Positions 1 through 13,246 of a stretch of 64,000 bases of DNA are shown in pieces. The notes below the pieces were generated by a model. It was not told the DNA's origin and did no database searches. It saw nothing but the letters and a program-made list of their open reading frames with translations. The stretch spans positions 140,422 to 204,421 of the forward strand of contig NC_092678.1 of NCBI RefSeq assembly GCF_964355755.1. The letters are read 5' to 3'. The stretch is from Antedon mediterranea. Taxonomy: Eukaryota; Animalia; Echinodermata. A program made the position numbers and the translations under genes. Each line of letters begins with the position of its first letter. Within the stretch, counting starts at the first letter, position 1.

Positions 1-106
1 AAGAACAATGTCAAAATAAAAAGAACTTAAATATGACGTCTGTATGTAGACAGAAAGCAGGTCGTATTATTAAATAATGGATAAATTGAAACTTTAATAA
101 TCTTAC

Positions 107-740
107 CATATTTTATATCTGGGAAACTGAGTTACATAGTATTACTATTAGTAGTAATCCAGATATGACGGACTCTTCTTTTTAGGGCAGGAACAGGGTT
201 ATAATATTATCTTGATTTCTATAAATACTGTATAAAGTTAAACATAATTGAAATAAAATTGATTCTTGAATTAAAAAAATGTCAATGTCAACAATGACCA
301 TACAAAAGCAAAAAAAGGCTATAATAGTATAAAGAACATAAAAATGTATAGGCCTAGGCCTAGTAGTGTGTAGGGCAACATTTAATTTTTAAACAAGATT
401 CATATTTAAAAAGTTTCTGTTTTTACCCCTAGGCCTATATCTATATCATTATATGGGACCTCCCACATTAGCCGCCACGCTGTGAACGGGGGAGAGAGTC
501 TGTTATCTCCCCCAGGCAGGCCAGCAGCAGACAGTTGTGCCTTCCTCATTTGATGAGCTAGCTAGCTAGCCTACGAATGCTTGCTGTATGTAGAAGAATG
601 ATATATACATTAGTTAGGCCTAAACCCGAATTTAGAGAACTTGCATTACTTACCGCATTGTTTTAGAATTTTAAAGTAAAAAACAAAATGTTTTTCTTCT
701 CACATCGTGCTGTGTGCATGTGAAGCAGCCAGGCAGATCA
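107..740 (-). other. Probable 5' exons of an unidentified gene running off the window start (exon ~740-654, exon 218-107 ending in ATG)
   Basis: Minus-strand donors GCG|GTAAGT (653) and ATG|GTAAG (106); acceptor TTTATAG|A (219); promoter-like motifs at 754-774. No recognisable protein sequence. Confidence 0.4.
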
Positions 741-753
741 AAAAGTGTTTAGT

Positions 754-774
754 TGTTTACATTGCCATGGGAAC
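754..774. promoter_or_regulatory. Forkhead site (TGTTTAC) abutting an RFX X-box-like element (ATTGCCATGGGAAC)
   Basis: Match to the FOX core and near match to the GTTGCCATGGCAAC X-box, just upstream of the putative first exon. Confidence 0.4.
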
Positions 775-1093
775 GAAGGTCATGCAAAGTTTAGGGGCAC
801 AACAACAAAAGGCATTGTTTTCATCCACTTTGGAACAACAACCAACCAAGACAATCAAGCCTTTGAACCCAAACCACTACCATTTACTCACATAAATTGC
901 ATAAAGGTGTATAAATATAAATAAACCATCTTTTTGTAAAGATTGTTTTGTTTTTCAGACTGCTAAGCCTGTATAATCGACAAATTTACAATTCATATTT
1001 CACTGCTGTACTGTACAGGTCTTTATTAATTAGCTTACAAAATACAAACTATTATTAGATATTTGTATATTTAAAGCAAAGAGTATGATTGCT

Positions 1094-1170
1094 ACATACC
1101 CACATATATTGATACATACCCACATATATTGATACATACCCACATATATTGATACATACCCACATATATT
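1094..1170. repeat. 20-bp tandem repeat, ~4 copies
   Basis: TACATACCCACATATATTGA units. Confidence 0.9.
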
Positions 1171-1687
1171 CTCCGACAGAGAACCGAGTGAGAATCACTA
1201 CTGGGAATTAGAGGCGGTTTTTAGGAATAGATAATTATTGCCCATAAAAGTATTTGTTGGCTTTTACTCTTCCAATCTATTCTTAATGAAGTGTTGACAG
1301 CGTAATGAATTTGTTTACTTTATATCATCAATCGAGGCTGTATACATGCCATGGCAGCTGGGTTAAGCCGGTCAACAAACATAAAGTGTATGCTGATTGT
1401 TTTAAACCACTAAGCATGAGCTCTGATTTGCTACAATACCATGGTCTCTTACACATTAATAGTTATGTGAAGAACAGAAAACAGTCTGTTCACATAATAA
1501 ATTATAATATATACATTAAAAATATAACTTATTCAATTAACTGTACAAAGTAATCTATGTTTGTCTGACAATTTAATCTTTTATAAATAAATTAAGCTCA
1601 TTCATCACACAGGAGGCAACACTTCTATGAGAACACTTTTTACAAATAACAAACCTAGGTCCATGACGTTCAAACTAAGGTAACATC

Positions 1688-4600
1688 TCAAACATAAATT
1701 TTATCTTTGAGTAGAAGATCCCAATTTATCTGTGATGTGAACACTTCTCTATCTAACCAAATTTCATAAAATCGCTTAAACTCTTCACTTAAATCCATTT
1801 CTTGTCCAAGAACACTTTGTATATTGTTATCAACTGGTTGTAAGTCAGGATCTTTACCAGAATCGGTATCATACCGACGCGAGTTAAAGCGATCAACACA
1901 TGTCCTGAGAGCGCACTCTTCTGCCTGGAAATCCCACGGACGAGCATCCATATCTATACAAATATAACAACAAATAATATTAGTAACAATTCTTGTATCC
2001 GCAGGCACATAAATAATTCTTATAATAATAAAAGTTGTGCTCACCATTTCCGTAAGCCCAGTCATCATTGAGCCGATGACGAACCTTTTGGTATATGGCA
2101 GACATTGTCCTCATGTTACTCTTACGCCACTGTCGTCCCAAGTACTTAGTCTGAACTTTAAGCAATTTAAGCACGTACAACTGCATCATAGCTTGTTTCA
2201 CTTTCAATGCACGTTTAAGAATTGGTGCTGACTTAAATACAACAAGCATCTAGAAAATATTATGATGTTGTTAACGACTACTGTACTATAATTAAAATAG
2301 GCAAACAAAACAACTATAGATAAAGTCAGGTTGGTGATGCCAAAACCCAAGTAGCTGCAGCTAAGTTTGAACTTACCATTGTTCTAGAATGTTTCCATTT
2401 AGTGAGTTTATTAAGAATCCTCAGTAAATTAATACAGGAAAATAAATTCCTCCAACAATATGGAATATTATCACCAGCTTCCTAGAAAACAAAATTAAAA
2501 CAATTTAATGTATTGTTGTTTAGAAGAGTGTGTAATTTACATTGATGAATCCAGATTTAGAGCTAAGATATTGTGTACAGTATTTAGATTTACAGCTAAG
2601 ATACTGTGTACAGTATTTAGATTTAGAGCTAAGATACTGTGTACAGTATTTAGAGCTAAGATACTGTGTACAGTATTTAGAGCTAAAAGCCCATTTGTCC
2701 CCGATTCAAACACCCAACTTTCCAAAATGTTAATATTCTATTCTACCTGTATTACTTACTAGGCTGTCTGCCGTCAGTTCAGCTTGGTCACCAATTACAC
2801 ATGATGGGAAATCTATTGCTGGTATACTACAACAGAAACATCATATTATCATTAGAGATAAACAAGTTTTGATAAAAACAATACCAAATTATCAAGGTAT
2901 CGAAGTAGGTAAATACTAACCTATTTTTTGCTCCAATGTAAGCAAGTATATTTTGATTGAAGAACTTAAGAACCAGTGGGATGCAGTTAGCAAATACTAA
3001 GTGTTGACTCATGAACTCAAACTGAAAGAACAATATATCACAGACTAGTTTAACAAAAGTGGCCTGATTGTCTGTAATAGCCTGGGTGCAGTACAAAAGT
3101 GGCCTGATTGATTGTCTGTCCAATTTAAAGGCTTTCTATTTAATTTTGACTTACAAAATAATGCCTTTAATAATGTTTATACCTATTCTACATTGATGAT
3201 AGGTAATTGTTACTTTTTTCGATGTAATACATGTTTTAATATTTACCTGATAAACATGATTGAGTTTAAAATGTTTAAGAAGCAATAATAGAAGTCCAGA
3301 TATTGCTTTGACAATGATCTCCTTGTGTCGGTTGACATCAACACCAAGTTTCATTGATTGTAATACTGTCATTCTGAAAACCAAGTTTAAAGTGTAAATG
3401 TGAACAATCTTTTAATAAATACATTTTGAATTACAATTGACTGGTATTAGTATTGTACTGTAGCTGTTGTGATGCCTCAGACTAAAATACACAATCTTTT
3501 GATAATAAATAACATTTTGAATTACAATTGACTGTAGCTATTCAATTGAGTGATAATAGACAGTAGTGTACTATAATAGCTGTTTGTTAAACCTTGTATT
3601 TACGGCATTTCTTCTGGGAGTACATCAGCCAGAATGTTAATAGAGTCTGTTTTAGCTTTTGATGTAGGTGCTGCTGCTAGTAAAATACCTTGTACTTACG
3701 GCATTTCTTCTGGGAGTACATCAGCCAGAATGTTAATAGAGTCTGTTTTAGCTTTTGATGTAGGTGCTGCTGCTAGTAAAATCTTCAACAATGCAATCTA
3801 TCAATAAATAAAACATACTACTGAATATATTTGTGATGAATTTTTAACACAAAAAGCAAACAAATTGATATTTTGTATGTGTAAGGTCAACAGAGACAAC
3901 GTCGTACGACATGTTTTTTAGTTCACACCCGACACTATTTCAAGAAGACTCGTCTCGTCAGTATTTAACTCAGATAGCACCGACTAGTCAAGACGTTTCA
4001 TCGTGCCTCGTCGCACGATGCTGTTAGCCTTAAGAAAGAGCTCCCTTACCATGTACTGTGGGAGACTAGACAACATTGCTTGATACAGAATTTCTGCAGC
4101 TGTGTTGGGTATATCCTCATCTCCCTACAATTAAAATCAAAGCAAAAATAAATAATAAAATAAGACTAAAACAATTACATGTTATACTAAAGTCTAGCTA
4201 TTATTTTGATGCTAACAAAAATCATTAATGTAATGAATTAAAAATAACTTGTAGCAACAATATAAAAATAACACAAAACAATTGTAACAAATCAAATGTG
4301 AGTGTGTGTTACCTTAGATAATGGATGCTTGTTAATTTCTTCTTCTCTTCTCACCTGAAGCTCAGCTAACGATACATATAGATGCTACAAAACAATTTGG
4401 ACATAAAGTTCATTAACGATACATATAGATGCTACAAAACAATTTGGACATAAAGTTCATTAACGATACATATAGATGCTACAAAACAATTTGGACATAA
4501 AGTTCATTAACGATACATATAGATGCTACAAAACAATTTGGACATAAAGTTCATTAACGATACATATAGATGCTACAAAACAATTTGGACATAAAGTTCA

Positions 4601-7600
4601 TTAACGATACATATAGATGCTACAAAACAATTTGGACATAAAGTTCATTAACGATACATATAGATGCTACAAAACAATTTGGACATAAAGTTCATTAACG
4701 ATACATATAGATGCTACAAAACAATTTGGACATAAAGTTCATTAACGATACATATAGATGCTACAAAACAATTTGGACATAAAGTTCATTAACGATACAT
4801 ATAGATGCTACAAAACAATTTGGACATAAAGTTCATTAACGATACATATAGATGCTACAAAACAATTTGGACATAAAGTTCATTAACGATACATATAGAT
4901 GCTACAAAACAATTTGGACATAAAGTTCATTAACGATACATATAGATGCTACAAAACAATTTGGACATAAAGTTCATTAACGATACATATAGATGCTACA
5001 AAACAATTTGGACATAAAGTTCATTAACGATACATATAGATGCTACAAAACAATTTGGACATAAAGTTCATTAACGATACATATAGATGCTACAAAACAA
5101 TTTGGACATAAAGTTCATTAACGATACATATAGATGCTACAAAACAATTTGGACATAAAGTTCATTAACGATACATATAGATGCTACAAAACAATTTGGA
5201 CATAAAGTTCATTAACGATACATATAGATGCTACAAAACAATTTGGACATAAAGTTCATTAACGATACATATAGATGCTACAAAACAATTTGGACATAAA
5301 GTTCATTAACGATACATATAGATGCTACAAAACAATTTGGACATAAAGTTCATTAACGATACATATAGATGCTACAAAACAATTTGGACATAAAGTTCAT
5401 TAACGATACATATAGATGCTACAAAACAATTTGGACATAAAGTTCATTAACGATACATATAGATGCTACAAAACAATTTGGACATAAAGTTCATTAACGA
5501 TACATATAGATGCTACAAAACAATTTGGACATAAAGTTCATTAACGATACATATAGATGCTACAAAACAATTTGGACATAAAGTTCATTATGTTTCTTTC
5601 ATTTATAGTGTATAGTTTTTTATTAATTCTATATAGTAACAGAAAATATAAATGTAATCTATGTAAAAAAGATTTGTACCTTTTCCAAGACATTATAGCC
5701 TTCATGAATTGGATTTGGTAGACCAGCCAATGTTGTTGAATCACTGGAAAAAGAAAGATATATTTGATTACTCTCGTGGATACACTCCATTAACAACTTG
5801 AAAGCTATTGTTGAATACAGTCAATTATCAAATATTAATGTATTAAGAATGTAGTCTTACCTATCAACTTGAAAACTATTGTTGAATACAGTCAATTATC
5901 AAATATTAATGTATTAAGAATGTAGTCTTACCTATCAACTTGAAAGCTATTGTTGAATACAGTCAATTATCAAATATTAATGTATTAAGAATGTAGTCTT
6001 ACCTATCAACTTGAAAACTATTGTTGAATACAGTCAATTATCAAATATTAATGTATTAAGAATGTAGTCTTACCTATCAACTTGAAAGCTATTGTTGAAT
6101 ACAGTCAATTATCAAATATTAATGTATTAAGAATGTAGCCTTACCTATCAACTTGAAAACTATTGTTGAATACAGTCAATTATCAAATATTAATGTATTA
6201 AGAATGTAGTCTTACCTATCAACTTGAAAACTATTGTTGAATACAGTCAATTATCAAATATTAATGTATTAAGAATGTAGTCTTACCTATCAACTTGAAA
6301 GCTATTGTTGAATACAGTCAATTATCAAATATTAATGTATTAAGAATGTAGTCTTACCTATCAACTTGAAAGCTATTGTTGAATACAGTCAATTATCAAA
6401 TATTAATGTATTAAGAATGTAGTCTTACCTATCAACTTGAAAACTATTGTTGAATACAGTCAATTATCAAATATTAATGTATTAAGAATGTAGTCTTACC
6501 TATCAACTTGAAAGCTATTGTTGAATACAGTCAATTATCAAATATTAATGTATTAAGAATGTAGTCTTACCTATCAACTTGAAAACTATTGTTGAATACA
6601 GTCAATTATCAAATATTAATGTATTAAGAATGTAGTCTTACCTATCAACTTGAAAACTATTGTTGAATACAGTCAATTATCAAATATTAATGTATTAAGA
6701 ATGTAGTCTTACCTTTCAACTTGAAAACCAACAAACTTGTTTCTTGTATGATCAAGAAACATTTCAACATCTCGTTGTCTAAATGAAGTAGAAATAATAA
6801 TCTTATAAATACAAATATTAACACAGTTCATTACCAAATAAAAATCTTACAATACAACATCTACCGTCAAACATTTGAAAACTAACCTGACTTTTGGAGT
6901 CCATGGTAAAGAACGAGGTTCCCTCGGAGTGTCTGGAAGAGGAGGCAAGCCATTCTCATCTTCATCATCACTCATATTGTGCACCTCGTCCTTCAGTTCA
7001 TCCTCTTTTCTTTCTCCATCTTCCGACGGTAAAGACTCATCAATACCGTCCTGTTTTACCAACACCTTAAATAATCATCAATGTAAATTTAATATATTTT
7101 GTAATGACATCATAACTAATACTACAATCACAACACACGCCAGATGATAACATAATGTGGTGATTGGCTTTTTGTACCAAAAGTAAACAATTATAAACAA
7201 GCTTTCAAAAAGTCAGATGAGTTGATTTTTCCATTTTATGTGATAAAAGCATGCAAATGGTTGTGATTACCTTTTTGAAATTATGAAGCAAAGCATTCAG
7301 AGTTTATTGTAAAAACAATGAACTAAATAAATGATATATTTCAGCAACGCAAACTTATGTATATAATAACCGGCTTCATTTTAAACACTAAAACCCATCT
7401 CAATAATGTGTGATAAAAACATTTGTTTGTTAAATCAATTAAATGAAAGTGAAATGAAATATAATTAAAAGTGTTGATTTTGTGCAAAAGTAAAATACCA
7501 AATTAAAATCATGCTACTAGCCTAATAAATTCAATAAACACTAATAATAGTAATTCCATGCCTAATTAGGATATTTTATAATAAAATAATGTAATTGTAA

Positions 7601-10600
7601 TTCATGCACAAAAGTAATTGTAAAAGGATCTAAACTACTCTACTTCACGTACGATGTGCCAGGGTTAAAGGTCAGGTCACACGTGTCCGCAAGACCAGCG
7701 TCATGGTAACATCAATTTTGGTGAAGTGACGACGATGGGTTTTGAAAGGGAATAAAAACAAATGAAAATATAAGTCAATGAAAAAGTATTAAGTGAAAAG
7801 TAAAATTTAATAATGAAAAATAAAATGAGGATAAAATTTAATTATTTAAAGCAAAATTTCTGTCTGTTTATCTGTAATTTTAATAATAATCTCAATTATT
7901 TTTAGTAACTTAATTTACCAATAACAATATTCTATGGAAACAATAAGAATATTATCATAGTATTATACAATGTCAATATACAATATACATAAGATTTATA
8001 AGCCAACATCTGGCTAGTTAAAGGAATAACAAATTTGGATACATGAACATGGAAAAAGTTTAAATCATGAATATCTATAAATACAACTGTAAACAAAGAA
8101 CAAGTTTGATTATTTTTACAAAAGTATTAAAACTACAATGTATTAACTAAAATCCATCAAACATTCTATACAAATCATAAATGCAAACTAATCTAGTTAA
8201 AATTGATATAAAATGAATAAAGAAATCAATGATGAAATCACAGGGAATCATTTAATATACAGTATTCAAAATTTGTTGTTTTGTTTTTGACGTTATCAAA
8301 TTTTTCTTTTTCTTTAAGTTAGTTAAGATGTTTTAAAAGGTACCAAGCTTGATTAGCTCCGGCTATATCTTGGCTACCTTTTTGTATTGATTAATTGTTT
8401 GATACAATAAAGAAGAACTGAATTTAATATATATAATAACATCAAAATGAAAATCTTATTGGGCAAATAAAATGAATATGGCATAAGCATGTAGTTTATG
8501 TAGTATTAGTTGGGGCTAGCAAAATGAATAAGCTAGGCAAATACAGTTTAACCTTGAAATATTAAGTGAGATAAATAAATCGTACCCTTTTAAGTGGTGG
8601 TGGTCGATTACCCTTGCGGCCCTGCAAATCCAACATGTCTACTGCCGATGCTGGTGGTGATACTGCCCTCAAGTTCTTAGTAATTTGAACGCTGTCCTCT
8701 ATCAACGTCGGAAGTCCAAGTAATTCTCTCGTTTTGTCTTTTAAAATCTGATGATCATGCAAACCACCGAGGGAAAACTTTACAAAAAAAACCAAGAATA
8801 GTACAACCATTAAAAACGTAATTTAATAATATTTACTCTAAAAACATCTCTTGAATGTTTCAAAATGTAATTAATCTGTTTCGAATTGACTTACCAAAAT
8901 AACTTTCCAAAGTAAAAGAAGGACCTTTTTAATAGGAAAGTGAGGAGCGTGGCCGCTACAGAATTTAGTAACCATGTTGAATAAGATAATGGCAAGGGAA
9001 TCGTCCTCTCTGATTGGCTGACCTGTAATGAAATCAACAAAAATTTTAACTAAAACTCTTTAAACTAAATGTTTGTAAGTTAGAAGTATGTTACTTAGGG
9101 CCCGTTTATACAACACGCTAAATCAACACGGTTGTACGTTGGCGTGTTGAATAAACAGAAATGGATTGCGTGTAATTACTAAACCCACTGGAAAGGCTAG
9201 GGGATTGACCTTTGTCTGTGAAAACATGCATATAGGCATGTAAAGTAAGAAGGGTATAAACACATCCTTAGTTGTGCTTACCTATTTCACATTGTAGATT
9301 TGTGCGCAGTTTCATTTCTTCTTCACTATCCCTGCTGCTGCTGCTGTCCTCTCTCCGTAATGTTTCCACCATTATATAAAGCAGACTCAATATTACTCTG
9401 AAAACACCAATAACAAATGCTATATATAATATATACTTAAAATGGTTACACCAGAATAATGATAATATTTAATTTTCTTACCTAAGATCTGAACTATCAA
9501 CAATTGACACTGCTGGCTTTCTTAAAGCTGTGGTTGCCGCAACCAAATTTCTGAAAAAAAAAAAATTGTTTTTATAAATCTTTAAATCAATATTTTATTC
9601 AAAATAGAAAAAACACCAAAGAATAAAAAGTGACCTTACCCTGCTTCTAAACATAGAAGTTCAACAAAGACGTTGAGGGCGCCACATTCATATATGAGGA
9701 AGCAGTTCTTTCGTGTCCATTCCATTTGCTCTTCTTCGCAGCTCACTTCACCAAAATTTCCTATAAAATATAAACAAGTTTTCAATTAAACATTTAATTT
9801 TGACCATTTTACATACTATATACTGTACTGTGATAAACTAAACTCGGTTAACTGTATATTGGTATGAATCATTACATTGAGGGGCCACAAAAATAAGCCA
9901 CTTTAAGTGTTTGTCCCACGACCTACCTTGTGCAAGGTACAGAATAGCTCTAGCCGCTTTCATTCGCTGGTCCCGTTTGGCCACGTCCACATTGTTTAGA
10001 AGGTGCACAACATGCATCCGCCTCGCTTCAAAATCAATCTCTGTCCATTTTTTATCCTCTGTGAAAAGTAGAAGAATGGTATAATGAACATTCTACTTGT
10101 ACTATCAAACTGTATGTGAGAATAATGTAATGTGCCCATATATGGACATGATGATGTCATATCACTACCATATATGGGCATATCACTACCCTATTTGGGC
10201 ACATCACATCACAATTGACTAAAGTAGTAGCCTACCCCGTGAATGGTAATCCTCTTCAAAGCTTTTCTGTGCTAATGAAAATTCAACTTCCTCTGTGTAA
10301 CTATACAACTCTATAAATGTAATAATAATCGTTTGAATCGTCTCAAAATCTAAATCTTCTATTATTTCAGTTACATTTGTTTTCATGTTTATACAATTGT
10401 TTAGCAGGGTAAGCATGGCATGTTATTTATTGTAGTGACTGCCTCATTCATAAACTTCTACATTAAAACAAACTAAAATCATATGTTATCACATTAAAAA
10501 AAGTAGTACCTGTATGTTGCGTAAGCATTGTTACACATTATGGACCCTCTTACCTGATATTTCAGTTGCATATTTATCAGCATCCTCATATTCAAAATCA

Positions 10601-12288
10601 AGATCAGGACTGTCATTTTGAGACTAATATAAAAAAAAGAACATTGAGAGAAAATTGATTTTGGTAATTTTATTTAAATTTCCAAATATATAAATTAATA
10701 GTTTATTATTTTATAGGTTTTAAAGTTGATAGAATATTCTCACATTCGTACAGATACAGGCAACGCACTATTACAAGTTGATAGAATATTCTCACATCCG
10801 TACAGATACAGGCAACGCACTATTACAAGTTGATAGAATATTCTCACATTCGTACAGATACAGGCAACGCAGTATTACAAGTTGATAGAATATTCTCACA
10901 TTCGTACAGATACAGGCAACGCAGTATTACAAGTTGATAGAATATTCTCACATTCGTACAGATACAGGCAACGCAGTATTACAAGTTGATAGAATATTCT
11001 CACATTCGTACAGATACAGGCAACGCAGTATTACACGTTGATAGAATATTCTCACATTCGTACAGATACAGGCAACGCACTATTACAAGTTGATAGAATA
11101 TTCTCACATTCGTACAGATACAGGCAACGCAGTATTACAAGTTGATAGAATATTCTCACATTCGTACAGATACAGGCAATGCACTATTACAAGTTGATAG
11201 AATATTCTCACATTCGTACAGATACAGGCAACGCACTATTACAAGTTGATAGAATATTCTCACATTCGTACAGATACAGGCAACGCAGTATTACAAGTTG
11301 ATAGAATATTCTCACATTCGTACAGATACAGGCAACGCACTATTACAAGTTGATAGAATATTCTCACATTCGTACAGATACAGGCAACGCACTATTACAA
11401 GTTGATAGAATATTCTCACATTCGTACAGATACAGGCAACGCAGTATTACAAGTTGATAGAATATTCTCACATTCGTACAGATACAGGCAACGCACTATT
11501 ACAAGTTGATAGAATATTCTCACATTTGTACAGATACAGGCAACGCACTATTACAAGTTGATAGAATATCCTCACATTCGTACAGATACAGGCAACGCAC
11601 TATTACAAGTTGATAGAATATTCTCACATTTGTACAGATACAGGCAACGCAGTATTACAAATTGTATGCATGTTAATAATATATATTCTCACATTCGTAC
11701 AGATACAGGCAACGCAGTATTACAAATTGTATGCATGTTAATAATATATATTCTCACATTCGTACAGATACAGGCAACGCAGTATTACAAATTTAAAATA
11801 TATGCATGTTAATAATATATATATAATATATATTTGATACAAAAACAATAACATTTTATATCACCACACAATATAATTATTTATTTTATTTTATATGTTC
11901 CGTCAACATACTCTATCTATTCCGTCAAGAGATCTTCTTTCTAAGAAGCCTAACTAGAGTTAGTAGGCTAGCTAGTTAGGACCTAGCTAGGTAGGTAGAA
12001 GGTGATGAGATGTACCTAGGCTATAGTATATATTATCCTAGCCTTAGGCCTCTCGGTATAAACATACCTCCTACCTACAGAGTAGGCCTCCTCTAGCTTA
12101 ATAGGTTAGGCGCCTAGCTAAGCTAGCTACTAGAGGCTAGGCTAGGCCCCTACCTAAATAAATATTTTACTATAAATTAAAACATGTATAATTACGTCAG
12201 AATCTCTCCTCTGTCGTCTTAAAAGTTCCCTTAATTTCGGCAAACCACCAGCTCGTTTTGCTGCTAAATTGGTTGAAGGAGGATCCAT
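1688..12288 (-). CDS. STRIP1: Striatin-interacting protein (STRIP1/2, FAM40), 21 coding exons, ~806 aa
   Basis: Exons 12288-12196, 10623-10554, 10310-10236, 10058-9927, 9760-9640, 9550-9482, 9397-9282, 9022-8895, 8777-8586, 7065-6887, 6778-6713, 5743-5680, 4384-4313, 4124-4050, 3797-3700, 3373-3247, 3021-2921, 2826-2760, 2481-2377, 2249-2045, 1953-1688 join in frame with GT-AG ends. Motifs [70 protein letters not shown]. Confidence 0.95.
2554..2686. repeat. 27/33-bp intronic tandem repeat
   Basis: ATTTAGAGCTAAGATACTGTGTACAGT units. Confidence 0.9.
3591..3782. repeat. 96-bp tandem duplication of most of STRIP exon 15 plus its donor
   Basis: 3591-3686 repeats as 3687-3782 with one difference (donor GTAAAT vs GTAAGT). 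Confidence 0.95.
4367..5590. repeat. 47-bp tandem array (26 copies) containing the acceptor and first 18 nt of STRIP exon 13
   Basis: Minus-strand unit ATGAACTTTATGTCCAAATTGTTTTGTAG|CATCTATATGTATCGTTA; AG at 4385+47n up to 5560. Confidence 0.97.
5794..6727. repeat. 71-bp tandem array (~13 copies) containing the end of STRIP exon 11 and its donor
   Basis: Minus-strand unit ...CAACAATAG|YTTTCAAGTTGATAG|GTAAGAC...; in register with the authentic exon end at 6713. Confidence 0.97.
10098..10215 (+). mobile_element. Partial copy of the Harbinger-like MITE seen at 62913
   Basis: Shares ACTATCAAACT...ATGTGCCCATATATG...ATGATGATGTCATAT...GGGCACATCAC with 62913-63076. Confidence 0.8.
10723..11790. repeat. 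52-bp tandem array (~18 copies plus 2 longer variants) in STRIP intron 1
   Basis: AAGTTGATAGAATATTCTCACATTCGTACAGATACAGGCAACGCASTATTAC units. Confidence 0.97.
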
Positions 12289-13246
12289 CTCTTTAATTAT
12301 TATTAGAAACGAAATCCTAGGCCCACCTTTTTTCGATCCTCCTCCCCGTGTTCGTCTTTTCTTTTTGACACACGGAAAAAAATATTTTTTTGCAAGAGAA
12401 GTGTGTGATAGTTTGTTGGGCACTTCCCATTGTTTACTCCACCAATACGAAACATCCGCCGTTGAGTGGGTAAATCAGTAAATCACTGACACTGACAGTA
12501 CTGTGTTAGTAATGTATTATCTTTTTAAAATGTAAACAACAACAAAAGAAAACACAACAAGCAATATCTCCACTGGTTTGACTTTATTTTGAGACTGCAC
12601 ATAAGCCAATAAATTCATTAAAATGTTTCCTAAAAATAGAACATTAGATAGAGGTTTGAGCTAAAATTAGTAAATTTTAATATTCTTTGTTATATATTGC
12701 AATTCCATTTTAGCAAAAAGAAAAACAATATTGTGATAATAAAAATAGGTAACCAACATCAACTTATTGAAAACATTACAGCAAGACAAAAAAGTAAATC
12801 ACATTTTTTTTACGAGAAGCAGTCTTATAAAAACCCACCGGGCAAAAACAATGCAAATATCAATATATTAATACAATGTATGAGAAGTAGGACATTAGTA
12901 ATTTATCTATTACATCATCAAAAAAGATAAATTAATACTACAGAATTAGTTTAGAATTTTGTCCGATTATTTGTCATAAAAATGACACATTGTATTTCCA
13001 GTAGGAACATACACAACCAAGTACTACTAAATGCTTTCAGAGTACTTGGCTAATTTCATGTAAAAATTAACTATATATACTGTAAAATAGTTACTACAAA
13101 CAGAAGGTGTGACACATGTAAAATGAATACAACCAAGTTTGTACTAGAAAACTGAATATTAATGAAAAATACATCCTACAATAAAAAAATCTTACAATAA
13201 ATGCTATGAAATAATTCAAGTCTCTGTTTTAGATTACACCACAGTA

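Noticed and set aside
3895-4025. GC-richer intronic patch with GAAACGTC on the minus strand as a hammerhead
   Set aside because: No CUGANGA core at the required position; more likely a DNA-transposon remnant.
12154-12423. Longer STRIP N-terminus from the ORF track
   Set aside because: Starts at a non-ATG codon; the first ATG is at 12288 and the upstream part looks like 5' UTR.
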